Below are positions 44,173-54,614 of a stretch of 64,000 nt of DNA, in pieces. A model generated the notes under the pieces. It had not been told where the DNA came from and made no database searches. It saw only the letters and a program-made list of their open reading frames with translations. Source of the DNA: Planctomycetota bacterium (GTDB taxonomy: Bacteria; Planctomycetota; Phycisphaerae; Phycisphaerales; UBA1924). A program made the position numbers and the translations under genes. Position 1 is the stretch's first letter, and each line of letters begins with the position of its first letter. The stretch is from assembly GCA_033763695.1 (NCBI GenBank), contig JANRKB010000031.1:81-64080 (forward strand), given 5' to 3'.

Positions 44173-46547
44173 TCGAGCGACTCCTCAGCGCGCTTGGCGG
44201 CGGCGATCTCGCATCGGCGAGCGATGTGCACTTGGAGTGGGCGCATCCGATTCCGCTGTGGGCGTGGGCACCGATCATCGCCGCGGCGATCGCGATTGGC
44301 GCGTGGGGCTATCTGCGGCTTGAGGGTTCGCGGCTGGGGCGGTATGCGCTGGCCGCGCTGCGTGCCGCGCTCATCATCGCGCTGGTGGTGGTGCTGTCGG
44401 GGCCACAGCTGGTGCGTCGGCCCGAGACGCTGCAGCGCGACGCCGTGGTGATGCTGCTGGATCGTTCGGCGTCGCTCGGCGTGAGTGATCAGGATGCGTC
44501 GCGAACGCGTGAGGATGATCTTCGTGCCGCGCTGAGTGCCGCGGGCTCGACGTGGCAGACGCTCGCCAAGGACCACGATGTTCTGTGGCTGGGGTTTGAC
44601 GCGGGTGTCGCGGATCTGGGGCAGGGCGGCGAGGTGCCGACGCTGCGCGAGCCCGAGGGGCGGCGCACGCAGATCAATGCCGCGCTGGAGCAGGCGTGGC
44701 GGCGCGTGGGGACGCGGCCGGTGTCGGGAATCGTGATGCTCAGCGATGGGCGGACGACTGATCCGCCAAGCAAGTCGCTGGTGCGGCAACTGGCGGCCAA
44801 GCAGGTGCCGGTGTTCGTTGTGCCGCTGGGTTCGCCCACGCCGCGGCTTGATCTTGCCGTGACGGGAGTGCAGGCGCCGGCGGCGGCTTTTGTAAACGAT
44901 CAGGTTCCCGTGGGCGTTGAGATCACGCGTCGCGGCGGTGCCGCGGATGAAGCGTGGCCCGCGGGCACGGTAGAACTGGTGGATGCGGCGACGGGCGCGG
45001 TGCTGGATTCGACGCCGCTGCCGACGTCGGGGGGCGAGTCGTCGCGCGTGACGCTGACCACGCGTCCGACAATGGTGGGGGATTCGACGTGGCGGGTGCG
45101 GATCGTGCGCGCGGACGCATCGGCGCGTGATCCATCGCCCGCGAACGACAGCGCGGATGTAAAATTGTCGCTGGTGGATCGCAAAGTGCGGGTGGCGTAC
45201 TTCGACGGCACGCCGCGCTGGGAGTATCGATATCTGAAGAACCTGCTGCTGCGCGAGACGAGCATCCGCAGCTCGACGATGCTGCTGTCGGCGGATAAGC
45301 GGTTTATCCAGGAGGGGTCAGAGATCCTGCTGAGCGTGCCGCGGACGAGCGAAGAGTGGCGCGACATTGATGTCGTCATCATGGGCGATGTGCGTGCTGA
45401 GCTGTTCAGCACGGGACAGCTCGAGGCGCTGCGCGATCATGTGGCGCAGCGCGGCGCTGGGCTGCTGTGGATCGGTGGGCCTGGCGCGACGCCCGCGAGT
45501 TGGCAGGGCACGCCGCTGGCCGATCTGCTGCCGATGCGGCTTGCGCCGGCGTCAGGCGCGGATGCGGGCCAGAGCGGCCCGGGTGTTTGGACGGAGTCGA
45601 TCGTTGTTTCGCCCACGCCGGTGGCAGTGCGGATGGGCGTGATGCGGCTGGCGAGCGAAGGTACGCACGCGGCGGATGACCCGCTGAACTACTGGCCCGC
45701 GTCGCTCAGTGATCCGGGGCGCGGCTGGTCGCAACTGCGATGGGCCCAGTTGATCGAGCAGGGCAGGCTCAAGCCCGCGGCAGAGGTGTTGGCCGAGGCG
45801 CTGGGCGTGAGCACGCAGAAGACGTCGCCGCTGGTCATCACGATGCGTTATGCCAGCGGGCGCAGCGTGTATGTCGGCACTGACGAAACATGGCGCTGGC
45901 GCTACGCACGCGGCGAGCAGTTGCCCGAGCGATTCTGGATTCCGCTCATCCGCATGCTTGCGCGCGAACGGCTCGCGCTGGCGGACAAGCCCGCGGCACT
46001 GACCGTCGCGCCGCAGCAGGCTTCGACCCAACAGCCGGTGCAGATCAGCGTGCAGTTGCTCGATCAGTCTGTGCTGCAGACGCGCCCCGAAGGCGTCCGC
46101 GTGCGGGTGACGCCCGATGACGCGCGACGCGGCGATCAGGCGGCGGAGATCGTGCTGCGGCCTGCGCCGGGCGCGGGCGGTGCTGCCAACACCTTCGCCG
46201 GTCAGTGGGTGCCGCTGGAGCCCGGTGGCTATCGGGTGGTCGTGAATGACCCGCTGCTTTCGAGCGCGAATCTGGCGGCCCGAGTCGATGTGCGATCGAC
46301 CGACGACGAGCGCAACAACCCCGCGGCGGACCACGGCCTGCTCGAGACGCTCGCCAAAGACACCGGCGGCGTGACGCTGTCGGCGGCGCGCCTGAGCGAA
46401 CTGCCCGCGCTGCTGCCCAATCGTGAACTGCGACTGCTCGGCACGCCCGAGATCAGAACGCTGTGGGACAATGCGATCGTGCTGAGCCTGCTCGTGCTGA
46501 TCGTCGGGCTGGAGTGGATCGGACGGCGCGTGATGCGGATGCCTTAG
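44169..46547 (+). CDS. membrane protein with von Willebrand factor A domain and class-I glutamine-amidotransferase-like C-terminal domain (BatA/BatB-like)
   Basis: The GTG start overlaps the upstream stop (GTGA). It has two N-terminal TM helices. vWA MIDAS motif VVMLLDRSASLGVSD. The C-terminal region with IDVVIMGDV...GAGLLWIGGPG is GATase1-like. Confidence 0.65.
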   Translation: MIERLLSALGGGDLASASDVHLEWAHPIPLWAWAPIIAAAIAIGAWGYLRLEGSRLGRYALAALRAALIIALVVVLSGPQLVRRPETLQRDAVVMLLDRSASLGVSDQDASRTREDDLRAALSAAGSTWQTLAKDHDVLWLGFDAGVADLGQGGEVPTLREPEGRRTQINAALEQAWRRVGTRPVSGIVMLSDGRTTDPPSKSLVRQLAAKQVPVFVVPLGSPTPRLDLAVTGVQAPAAAFVNDQVPVGVEITRRGGAADEAWPAGTVELVDAATGAVLDSTPLPTSGGESSRVTLTTRPTMVGDSTWRVRIVRADASARDPSPANDSADVKLSLVDRKVRVAYFDGTPRWEYRYLKNLLLRETSIRSSTMLLSADKRFIQEGSEILLSVPRTSEEWRDIDVVIMGDVRAELFSTGQLEALRDHVAQRGAGLLWIGGPGATPASWQGTPLADLLPMRLAPASGADAGQSGPGVWTESIVVSPTPVAVRMGVMRLASEGTHAADDPLNYWPASLSDPGRGWSQLRWAQLIEQGRLKPAAEVLAEALGVSTQKTSPLVITMRYASGRSVYVGTDETWRWRYARGEQLPERFWIPLIRMLARERLALADKPAALTVAPQQASTQQPVQISVQLLDQSVLQTRPEGVRVRVTPDDARRGDQAAEIVLRPAPGAGGAANTFAGQWVPLEPGGYRVVVNDPLLSSANLAARVDVRSTDDERNNPAADHGLLETLAKDTGGVTLSAARLSELPALLPNRELRLLGTPEIRTLWDNAIVLSLLVLIVGLEWIGRRVMRMP

Positions 46548-48088
46548 CGTCCCTGTGCGCGGAAGCCGCGGCTTTCATCACCGACGTAGTGAATCGCGAC
46601 GGTGTTGGTCACCTTGGCTTCGCCCAGCGGCTTACCGGCGAGAAGCAGGATCGTGTCGCCCTTGTTGGCGATGCCGCGGGCGATGAGGTCGGCGTCGACT
46701 TGTGCGTTCCACTCGGCGAGCAGGCCGGACTTGGGCGGCGAGCGGTGCAGCGGCGTGACGCCCTTGAGCAGTGCCATGCGTCGCGTGGAGCGCACGCTCG
46801 AGGAGTACGCGACGATCGGCACGCGGAAGTCGTTCTGGCTGAGGTAGCGTGCGGTGCCGCCGTTCTGCGACCAGCAGACGATCGCCTTCGCGCCGACATC
46901 CTGCGCGATCTGCCACGCGCCGTGCGCGAGTGCTGCCGTCGGGTACTTGCTCTTGATGAGTTCGACGGGGGCGGCGGGCTGCGGCGGCTCCTCGGCGATG
47001 CGTTCCTCGGCCGCGGCGATGATGCGACGCATCGTCTCGACGACGATGACGGGGTGCTTGCCGGTCGCGGTCTCGGCGCTGAGCATGACGGCGTCAGTGC
47101 CGTCGAAGATCGCGTTGGCCACGTCGCTCGCCTCGGCGCGCGTGGGGAGCACGTTCTCGATCATGGTCTCGAGCATCTGCGTCGCGACGATGCACGGGCG
47201 GCCCCACGTCGCGCACGCGCGGATGATTCGCTTCTGGGCGACGGGTACCTGCGCGATGTCCATCTCGACGCCCAGGTCGCCGCGTGCGACCATGATGCCG
47301 TCGGCGGCCTGCACGATCTCGTCGAGGTTCTTGAGCGCCTGCGGCATTTCGATCTTGGCGATGACCGGCGTCGTCGCGGTCTCGTGCTTGAGGTCCAAGA
47401 GCCGGTCGGTGGGACAGAGTTCGGCGAGTCGCTGCTTGAGTTCGAGCACCTCGCGGGCGTTGCGGACAAACGAAAGCGCGAGAAAGTCCAGCGCGTGCTC
47501 GACGGCCCACGACACGCACTCCCAGTCCTTGTCGGTGATGGCGGGGGCGCTGAGTTCGCTCTGGGGCAGGTTGATGCCTTTGTTGCTGGTGACCAGGCCG
47601 CCGACGACGACGCGGCAGAGCAGTTCGCCACGCTCGGGGATGCGCTCGACCGCGAGCATGCGGATCGCGCCGTCGTTGATGAGGACCTTCTGCCCCGGCT
47701 GCACTTCGTCGATGAGTGGTTCGTAGACGGTGGGCAACACGACCGTGCCGGGCTTGTTGGGGTCGGGGCGTTCGAGGGCGGCGACGGGCTGACCCTTGCG
47801 GAAGATGACGTCCTGCCCGGGCTCAAGCACGACGCCGGGGGCGTTGACCTTGCCGACGCGGATCTTGGGGCCTTGCAGGTCGCCGAGGCAGGCGATGGGG
47901 CGGTCCATCTCGGCGGCGACCTCGCGGACGGTGTTGAGGCGCTTGAGGTGGGCGTCGAAGTCGCCGTGCGAGAAGTTGAAGCGGAAGACGCTGACGCCGG
48001 CCTCGATGAGCCGCTGGACCATCTCGGGGGAATCACTGGCGGGGCCGATGGTGGCGACGATCTTGCTGAGGGCGTGAACGGAATCCAT
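46544..48088 (-). CDS. pyk: pyruvate kinase
   Basis: KIVATIGPAS, FRFNFSHGD, MVARGDLGVE, and the C-terminal allosteric domain. Start is at MDSVHALSK. Confidence 0.9.
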   Translation of the reverse strand: MDSVHALSKIVATIGPASDSPEMVQRLIEAGVSVFRFNFSHGDFDAHLKRLNTVREVAAEMDRPIACLGDLQGPKIRVGKVNAPGVVLEPGQDVIFRKGQPVAALERPDPNKPGTVVLPTVYEPLIDEVQPGQKVLINDGAIRMLAVERIPERGELLCRVVVGGLVTSNKGINLPQSELSAPAITDKDWECVSWAVEHALDFLALSFVRNAREVLELKQRLAELCPTDRLLDLKHETATTPVIAKIEMPQALKNLDEIVQAADGIMVARGDLGVEMDIAQVPVAQKRIIRACATWGRPCIVATQMLETMIENVLPTRAEASDVANAIFDGTDAVMLSAETATGKHPVIVVETMRRIIAAAEERIAEEPPQPAAPVELIKSKYPTAALAHGAWQIAQDVGAKAIVCWSQNGGTARYLSQNDFRVPIVAYSSSVRSTRRMALLKGVTPLHRSPPKSGLLAEWNAQVDADLIARGIANKGDTILLLAGKPLGEAKVTNTVAIHYVGDESRGFRAQGR

Positions 48089-48279
48089 GCGTGGAACGCT
48101 CCGGAGACGAGACGGCGCGAAGGACAGCCGCGGCGGGCGGTCCCACCGAGTGACGACTTGATACATCGGTCGATTGGCGAGCGAGAGCGGAGATTCCCAC
48201 GGCACGAGTTTCTATCATGCGTCGGCTGCGATCCGCGCCGGGACCGACGGGGTTGCAATCGTGTGTCGGGGAATGAGCG

Positions 48280-48585
48280 ATGCCGAGTCTTGAACAGCTT
48301 CAGAAACTCCTTGCCGTCGATCCGAGCGACGCGTTCGTGCTCTATGCCATCGCGCAGGAGCATGCGAAGGTGGGGCGGCACGCGGAGGCGGTCGAGTTCT
48401 ACGACCGTTGTCTGGGGGTCGACGCCGACTATTGCTACGCGTACTACCACAAAGCCAAGAGCCTTCAGCATCTGGAGCGCGAAGCGGATGCGGCCCGCGT
48501 GCTCGAAGAAGGCGTGCAAGTGGCGCGGCGCGTGGGCGATGCCAAGGCGCTTAGCGAACTGCAGGGGTTTCTCGCGCTGCTGTAG
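48280..48585 (+). CDS. small tetratricopeptide-repeat protein
   Basis: 101 aa containing TPR-like helices (AIAQEHAKVGRHAEAVEFYDRCLGVDADYCYAYYHKAKSL). Confidence 0.45.
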   Translation: MPSLEQLQKLLAVDPSDAFVLYAIAQEHAKVGRHAEAVEFYDRCLGVDADYCYAYYHKAKSLQHLEREADAARVLEEGVQVARRVGDAKALSELQGFLALL

Positions 48586-49543
48586 CCGTTGAAGCCGTGT
48601 TTGATGCCGCACGGGGCGCGAGCGAACGCGTGAAGAACTCTTCGATGGCGCGGCGTTCTTCGGGGAAGTTGAAGAGCACCATGGCATGGTCGCCGCCTTG
48701 CGCGATGCGCAGCTCGACGGGCGTGCCTGCCTTTTCGGCGGCATCGCGAAGCAGGTAGGCGTGTCGGACGGGAATGACGTTGTCGGATGTGCCGTGGATT
48801 AGCAGGTAGGGTCGATCGCCGAGGTGAGCGACGCTGTCGACGGCGTCGAGCCCGCTGGGGATGAGGATCGAGCCGAGCAGCGGCACATGGTCGCTGGCGA
48901 CGCCGCGCCAAGAAGAAAAGGTTGAGAGCGTGCAGAGTGCGCGGACGCCGGGGTCTTCGGCGGTGATGGCGGTGGCGAACTGTCCGCCGAGCGACATGCC
49001 AAAGACGCCGATGCGATCGTGATCAACTTCGGGTTGTTTGCGGAGTGCGTCCAGAGCGGCGCGGGTGTCGAGCATGAGTGCGTGGCGTTCGCGCCGCGCG
49101 AGGTCGGACTTGCCGTAGCCGCGATAGTCGTAGATGAGGACGTTGATGCCGCGGGCGGCGAGGAACTCGCAGAACTGCATGTGGTAGGCGAGCTGTCCGC
49201 CGTTGCCGTGGCAGAAGAGAACGGCGGGGCCGGGCTGAGGGGTCGCACCGTCGTCGGAGGTCGCGTGCTTGGCGGGGAGGAACCACGCGTTGAGCTGCAG
49301 GCCATCGGACGTGGGGATGGTGAGCTCGCGGACGTTGGTGGGGACGGCGATCTGGTTGCGGGTGGGGACGTAGAAGACATAGCTTTCGACGCAGCCGTAT
49401 TGCGCGACGAAGACGATGGCTGCGAGAATCGCCAGCAGCGACCAGCGCGTCCAGCGGCGTGCGGCGTGCGGCTTTGCCGACGTGCCGGGCCCATCGGCGG
49501 GCATCGCGGGCGGAATCGTGTGAGTGGGGATCGCGGATGTCAT
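48551..49543 (-). CDS. alpha/beta-fold hydrolase (dienelactone-hydrolase/BAAT-like)
   Basis: One N-terminal TM helix, a GMSLGG nucleophile elbow, an HGTSD acid region, and a C-terminal His in GGDHAM. Confidence 0.75.
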   Translation of the reverse strand: MTSAIPTHTIPPAMPADGPGTSAKPHAARRWTRWSLLAILAAIVFVAQYGCVESYVFYVPTRNQIAVPTNVRELTIPTSDGLQLNAWFLPAKHATSDDGATPQPGPAVLFCHGNGGQLAYHMQFCEFLAARGINVLIYDYRGYGKSDLARRERHALMLDTRAALDALRKQPEVDHDRIGVFGMSLGGQFATAITAEDPGVRALCTLSTFSSWRGVASDHVPLLGSILIPSGLDAVDSVAHLGDRPYLLIHGTSDNVIPVRHAYLLRDAAEKAGTPVELRIAQGGDHAMVLFNFPEERRAIEEFFTRSLAPRAASNTASTATAARETPAVR

Positions 49544-49739
49544 GTTGAACCGGTATTGGTGATTCGGGCCGCGCGATGTTGCGGAAAGTCATCGCTTGAC
49601 GGAAGGTGTACGCGCTGGCGTTCGATACGTTCAGCTTCGTCGGTGCGCTGGTTTGGTTTCATGGTAATCCGGCGTTTGGGAACCCGACAGACAGTCCATT
49701 GCGCCCTGCCTCGCGCTCGCGTTCTACACTTGTCCCCCT

Positions 49740-52700
49740 ATGGCCGCTCCACAACCCCCGATCCTTCCGGACTCTGCGCGCGAGCACCCCTTCCGCTACA
49801 ACGCGCACCTTGCCGGCCAGATCGAGCATCGCTGGCAGTCCTACTGGGACGAGCGCGGCGTCTATCGCTCGCCCAACCCCGGCGAGCCTGGCTTTGACTC
49901 CAAGAAGCCCAAGAAGTTCGTGCTCGACATGTTCCCCTACCCCAGCGGCGTGGGGCTGCATGTCGGCCATCCGCTGGGCTACATCGCGACGGACATCTAC
50001 GCCCGCTTCATGCGGATGACCGGGCACAACGTGCTGCACACGATGGGGTTTGATTCGTTCGGCCTGCCCGCCGAGCAGTTTGCCGTGCAGACCGGCACGC
50101 ACCCGCGCATCACCACCGAGCGCAACATCGCGACGATGCGCGCGCAGTTGCGGCGCCTGGGCCTGGGCCACGATCCGCGGCGGAGCGTGAGCACCACCGA
50201 TCCGGCGTTCTACAAGTGGACGCAGTGGATCTTCCTGCAGATCTACAACAGTTGGTACGACGATCGCGCCAACCGGGCCCGCCCGGTCGCGGAGCTGGTG
50301 ACTGCGCTGGAACACGGCGAGATCAAGACCAAGGACGGGCGCGCGTGGGGCACGCTGTCGGCGGCGGATCGACGCGCCGAGATTGATGGACGCCGATTGG
50401 CGTATGTCGCCGAGGTGCCGGTGAACTGGTGTCCGATGCTGGGCACGGTGCTGGCGAACGAAGAAGTGACGGCGGACGGGCGGAGCGAGCGCGGCAACTA
50501 TCCCGTGTTCCGCAGGCCGCTGAAGCAGTGGATGATGCGGATCACGGCGTACGCCGAGCGTCTCTTGAGCGATCTGGATCGCGTCGATTGGACGGACGCG
50601 ATCAAACTGATGCAGCGGAACTGGATCGGGCGCAGCGAAGGTGCGTTCGTGACCTTCCCGCTGCCGGCTCTGCCAGAGAAGAACATTCAGGTCTTCACCA
50701 CGCGCCCGGACACGCTCTTTGGCGCGACGTACATGGTGCTCAGCCCCGAGCATCCGCTGGTGGACGAGTTGATGGCGGTGTCGAGCGACAAGCCGACGTC
50801 GTTCCTGCCAGCGCACTTCCCGGGCTGGCACGATCGCATGGGGCCGCGCGAGTCGGTGGCGGAGTATCGCAAGTATGCCGCGGCCAAGAGCGATGTGGAT
50901 CGCCAGGCGCAGACCAAGGACAAGACGGGCGTCTTCACGGGCTGTTACGCGACCAATCCGGTGACGGGCACGCAGATCCCGATCTTCATCGCGGATTATG
51001 TGCTGATGGGCTACGGCACAGGCGCGATCATGGCTGTGCCCGCGCACGATGAGCGCGACTTTGAGTTCGCCGAGACGTTCAATCTGCCGATCCGCGACGT
51101 GGTGTATCCGCGCGCGGTCATGGCGATGCGCTACTTCGCCGACGCCGCGTATCCGGGTGGCACGCCCAGCGGCAGTTGGCGCGATCAGCTCGCGGACTTC
51201 CTGGGTCTGGCAACGAGTGCCGCGCAGCAGGATGAGCCGCTGGATGTGGTGCTCACGATCGTTCAGGCCGACCGCCGCGGCGGGAAGGCCCAGACACGCA
51301 GCGCGCCCGAACCCGACAAGCCCGGTTCCGTGGGCGAGCGACGCGGCGCGGTACGCAGCGTGTGGCTCGAAGCGATCGATGAACTCGGCATCGCCAACTT
51401 CTCTGATCTGGTGCATCGCTTCAGCGAGGGCGCGTATCAGAAGACGCGCGGCGAGGCGTATTCGGGCGTCGGCACGATGGTGAACTCATCGGGGCCAGAA
51501 CTCTCGATCGACGGGCTGTCGAACGTGGAGGCCAAGGTCGCGGTGTCGTCGTGGCTGGAGGCCAAGGGCCTCGGGCGTGCGGCGGTGACGTACAAGCTGC
51601 GCGACTGGCTCTTCAGCCGCCAGCGTTATTGGGGCGAGCCATTCCCGATCGTGTACGACGCGGACGGCACGACGCGCGATCTGCCCGAGTCGATGCTGCC
51701 TGTGCTCTTGCCAGATCTGGAGAATTTCCAGCCGGAGGCGAGCGAGGATCCGGATGCCCCGCCGCGCCCGCCGCTGGGGCGTGCTCGCGAGTGGATCAAC
51801 GTCGAACTTGATCTGGGTGACGGCAAGCGGACGTACGCGCGCGAACTGAACACCATGCCCAACTGGGCCGGTTCGTGCTGGTACTACTTGCGCTACCTCG
51901 ACCCGGAGAACAACGCGTCGATGTGCGCGGCGGATGTCGAGCGCTATTGGATGCGAGGACCGAGTGACGCGAATGTCAACAAGGGCGGCGTCGACCTGTA
52001 CGTCGGCGGCGTCGAGCATGCCGTGCTGCATTTGCTCTATGCGCGATTCTGGCACAAGGTGCTCTTTGACCTCGGCCATGTGAGCACGACCGAGCCGTTC
52101 CAGAAGCTCTTCAATCAGGGCTACATCCAGGCGGCGGCGTACACCGACGAGCGCGGCATGTACGTCGAGGCGAGCGAGGTCGAGGATCGCGACGGCAAGT
52201 TCTTCTACAAGGGCAAGCCCGTCAAGCGCGAGTTTGGCAAGATGGGCAAGAGCCTCAAGAACGCCATCACGCCCGATGACATTTGCAAGGAGTTTGGCTG
52301 CGACACGCTGCGTGTGTATGAGATGGCGATGGGGCCGCTGGACCTGAGCAAGCCTTGGAACACGCGCGACATCACGGGGTCGTACAAGTTCCTGCAGCGC
52401 GTGTGGCGCAACCTCATCGACGAAGACACGGGCGCAAGCCGCGTGGTGAATGACGAGCCGTCGGCTGAGACGACGCGCCTGATGCACAAGACCATCATGG
52501 CGGTGCGGCGTTCGATGGAGACGATGTCGTTCAACACGGCCATCACGAAGCTCATCGAGTTCAACAACCACCTGTCGGATCTCAAGCCCAGCCCGGGCAC
52601 GCAGCCGGGCGCACCGATTCCGATGGCGTGCGCCAAGGCGATCATCCTGATGCTCGCGCCGCTGGCGCCGCACATGTGCGAAGAACTCTGGCATCGCGTC

Positions 52701-52979
52701 GTGCTGGGCAAGAGCCCGATCTCGGCGTGCAGCGAATCGATCGCGCACATGCCGTTCCCGGTTGCGGATCCGGCCCTGGCGGCCGACGATCAGGTCGAGG
52801 TGCCGGTGCAGGTGCAGGGGAAGGTGCGCAGCCGCGTGGTTGTGCCCGCGGGCGCGGACATCAAGACGCACGAAGCCGCGGCCATGGCCGACGTGAAGAT
52901 CGTGGAGATCCTCGCAGGCAAGGCACCCAAGAAGGTGATCGTGGTGCCCGGGCGCATGATCAACATCATCCCGGGGTGA
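49740..52979 (+). CDS. leuS: leucine--tRNA ligase
   Basis: HIGH motif [13 protein letters not shown] motif [12 protein letters not shown], the CP1 editing domain and the anticodon-binding domain. At 1079 aa it carries an insertion of ~180 aa. Confidence 0.95.
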   Translation: MAAPQPPILPDSAREHPFRYNAHLAGQIEHRWQSYWDERGVYRSPNPGEPGFDSKKPKKFVLDMFPYPSGVGLHVGHPLGYIATDIYARFMRMTGHNVLHTMGFDSFGLPAEQFAVQTGTHPRITTERNIATMRAQLRRLGLGHDPRRSVSTTDPAFYKWTQWIFLQIYNSWYDDRANRARPVAELVTALEHGEIKTKDGRAWGTLSAADRRAEIDGRRLAYVAEVPVNWCPMLGTVLANEEVTADGRSERGNYPVFRRPLKQWMMRITAYAERLLSDLDRVDWTDAIKLMQRNWIGRSEGAFVTFPLPALPEKNIQVFTTRPDTLFGATYMVLSPEHPLVDELMAVSSDKPTSFLPAHFPGWHDRMGPRESVAEYRKYAAAKSDVDRQAQTKDKTGVFTGCYATNPVTGTQIPIFIADYVLMGYGTGAIMAVPAHDERDFEFAETFNLPIRDVVYPRAVMAMRYFADAAYPGGTPSGSWRDQLADFLGLATSAAQQDEPLDVVLTIVQADRRGGKAQTRSAPEPDKPGSVGERRGAVRSVWLEAIDELGIANFSDLVHRFSEGAYQKTRGEAYSGVGTMVNSSGPELSIDGLSNVEAKVAVSSWLEAKGLGRAAVTYKLRDWLFSRQRYWGEPFPIVYDADGTTRDLPESMLPVLLPDLENFQPEASEDPDAPPRPPLGRAREWINVELDLGDGKRTYARELNTMPNWAGSCWYYLRYLDPENNASMCAADVERYWMRGPSDANVNKGGVDLYVGGVEHAVLHLLYARFWHKVLFDLGHVSTTEPFQKLFNQGYIQAAAYTDERGMYVEASEVEDRDGKFFYKGKPVKREFGKMGKSLKNAITPDDICKEFGCDTLRVYEMAMGPLDLSKPWNTRDITGSYKFLQRVWRNLIDEDTGASRVVNDEPSAETTRLMHKTIMAVRRSMETMSFNTAITKLIEFNNHLSDLKPSPGTQPGAPIPMACAKAIILMLAPLAPHMCEELWHRVVLGKSPISACSESIAHMPFPVADPALAADDQVEVPVQVQGKVRSRVVVPAGADIKTHEAAAMADVKIVEILAGKAPKKVIVVPGRMINIIPG

Positions 52980-53054
52980 CCCTCGGGATGCGTGTTGCTG
53001 ACGCGCGTGGGTTGCGTGTGTCCTGCCGCGCGGGCGATCGCGCGCCGGAGTCGT

Positions 53055-54338
53055 TTAGCACCCGGTCTCAAAGACCGCGACGTAGGCGTCGAAGTCCTCG
53101 AACGTGAGGAAGCCGTCGTTGTTGAAGTCCGCGGCACAGGTGATGAACGCCAGGTGATCGATCGCCCAGCCGTCGTAGCCGTTGCTCAAACGGTTGTTCG
53201 CGAGGCGAACCGACTTGATGGTGGCGGGGCCGGGCGTGCCGATCTTGAGATAGCCGTTGCGCTGGCTGCCGACGAGCGGCAGACCCGAGAGCGTGTGCAC
53301 CGCGCCGAGGTCGTGGCCGTTGACGATCAGGCGCGTCGGCCCTTCCATGTCCGCGAGGCTGAAGCCGACGAGATAGACCGGCGTGTCGAAGGTGAACGCG
53401 ACGTCGCCCCAGTTGGCGATCGACGCATAGTTGAACGTCTGATTCGAACGCGTGTCGAGCAGGCACTTGGTGCCGTCCCACGCGCCTTGCGTGAATGCCG
53501 TGCCGAACGGATCGGGGCCGGCCGTGAAGAGATTGGGCAGCGTCGTCGCGGGGCCGTAGTTGCCGGCTTGCGATTCGACGGCGTACTGCATCCCCTGCAC
53601 GAGCGTGGCGTCTTCGAAGTTCTCGATGGTCGCGTCGGTGATTCCCAGTGCGGCATCGCTCAGCACGGTGCGCGTGTTGAAGCCGGTCACCGTCACGTCG
53701 GGCAGTGATTCGGTCGTGAACTGCAGGTGATCGATCGTGCAGCCGTCGCCGGTCTGATTGTTGTTGATCTGGAGCGTCGAGATTGTGTCGCTTCCGGTTG
53801 CCTGAATGAGGACGTAGCCAACCTTCGCGCCGTTGGCGGTGAGACCCGTGCTTCCGATCGAGCCGGCGAGGGTGCCGTTGACCACGAAGCGGAGATCAGT
53901 GTCGGCCTGATGGAGGCTGAAGCCGACGGCCCGAACGGGCGGGTTGAAGTGGAGCGTGACATGGCCCCAGTTGGCGAAGCCGGTGCCGTAGTTGTACGAC
54001 TGGTTGTTTCGGCCGCTGATCAGGGCGCGCGTGCCGTCCCAGTTCCCGCCGATGAATGCGGTGCCATTGGCGTCGCCCGCCGTGCAGTTGTACGTGGCGG
54101 GAAGCGTGGAGATGGGGGCGGTGTTGCCGCCGCTGCTCTGCCACGAGACTTGCAGTCCGGGCGCGAGCGTTGTGTCTTCGAAGTCTTCGAGCGTCGATGT
54201 CGCGGGCAGGCCGAGCGATTCGCTGCTGATGCCCCAGCGCAGGGGCGTGATGCCGCGGACGCGGATCTCGGCGTGAGCAACCGACGTGAGACACACCAGC
54301 GCGCCGGCGAGCGCGACAACAAAGCGCGACGAGGACAT
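53055..54338 (-). CDS. secreted protein with two ~180-aa internal repeats and a single C-terminal dockerin-like loop ending Gly-Cys
   Basis: Signal peptide MSSSRFVVALAGALVCLTSVAHA, with GGGAGAG upstream of the ATG. The repeats LEDFEDTTLAPGLQ...VGFSL...VNG...DHLQF and IENFEDATLVQGMQ...VGFSL...VNG...DHLAF are duplicated. C-terminus is TCAADFNNDGFLTFEDFDAYVAVFETGC*. Confidence 0.7.
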   Translation of the reverse strand: MSSSRFVVALAGALVCLTSVAHAEIRVRGITPLRWGISSESLGLPATSTLEDFEDTTLAPGLQVSWQSSGGNTAPISTLPATYNCTAGDANGTAFIGGNWDGTRALISGRNNQSYNYGTGFANWGHVTLHFNPPVRAVGFSLHQADTDLRFVVNGTLAGSIGSTGLTANGAKVGYVLIQATGSDTISTLQINNNQTGDGCTIDHLQFTTESLPDVTVTGFNTRTVLSDAALGITDATIENFEDATLVQGMQYAVESQAGNYGPATTLPNLFTAGPDPFGTAFTQGAWDGTKCLLDTRSNQTFNYASIANWGDVAFTFDTPVYLVGFSLADMEGPTRLIVNGHDLGAVHTLSGLPLVGSQRNGYLKIGTPGPATIKSVRLANNRLSNGYDGWAIDHLAFITCAADFNNDGFLTFEDFDAYVAVFETGC

Positions 54339-54512
54339 GGCAACTCTCCCAACTCCGCCGCGGTGTGCGGCTGAGAGAAGCATTGTCGCGAAGCGACGAA
54401 CGAGAATCAATCACAAATCCTTGCCCAATCTGGGATTATCGGGCCTGCGAGCGGGCATTTCACGCGTTGATTCAAGGAAAGCCATGGCCGCAGGCTGTTG
54501 ATGAGGCCAAAT

Positions 54513-54547
54513 GAAACCGCCGCGGGTCGCAGGAACCCGCGGCGTGC
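54513..54547 (-). terminator. hairpin GCCGCGGGT..ACCCGCGGC followed (minus strand) by GTTTCATTTGG, downstream of the flotillin gene
   Basis: A 9-bp stem and 8-nt loop located 70-100 nt past the stop codon. Confidence 0.35.
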
Positions 54548-54614
54548 CGCACGCTGCGATGGTCACAGGCGTGCGATCGTCATGATGTCACGAACGTGGC
54601 GTGCCGACACGTCG

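Noticed and set aside
46463-48592. 709-aa plus-strand ORF
   Set aside because: It is antisense to pyruvate kinase, and the translation is Asp/Gly/Arg-rich.
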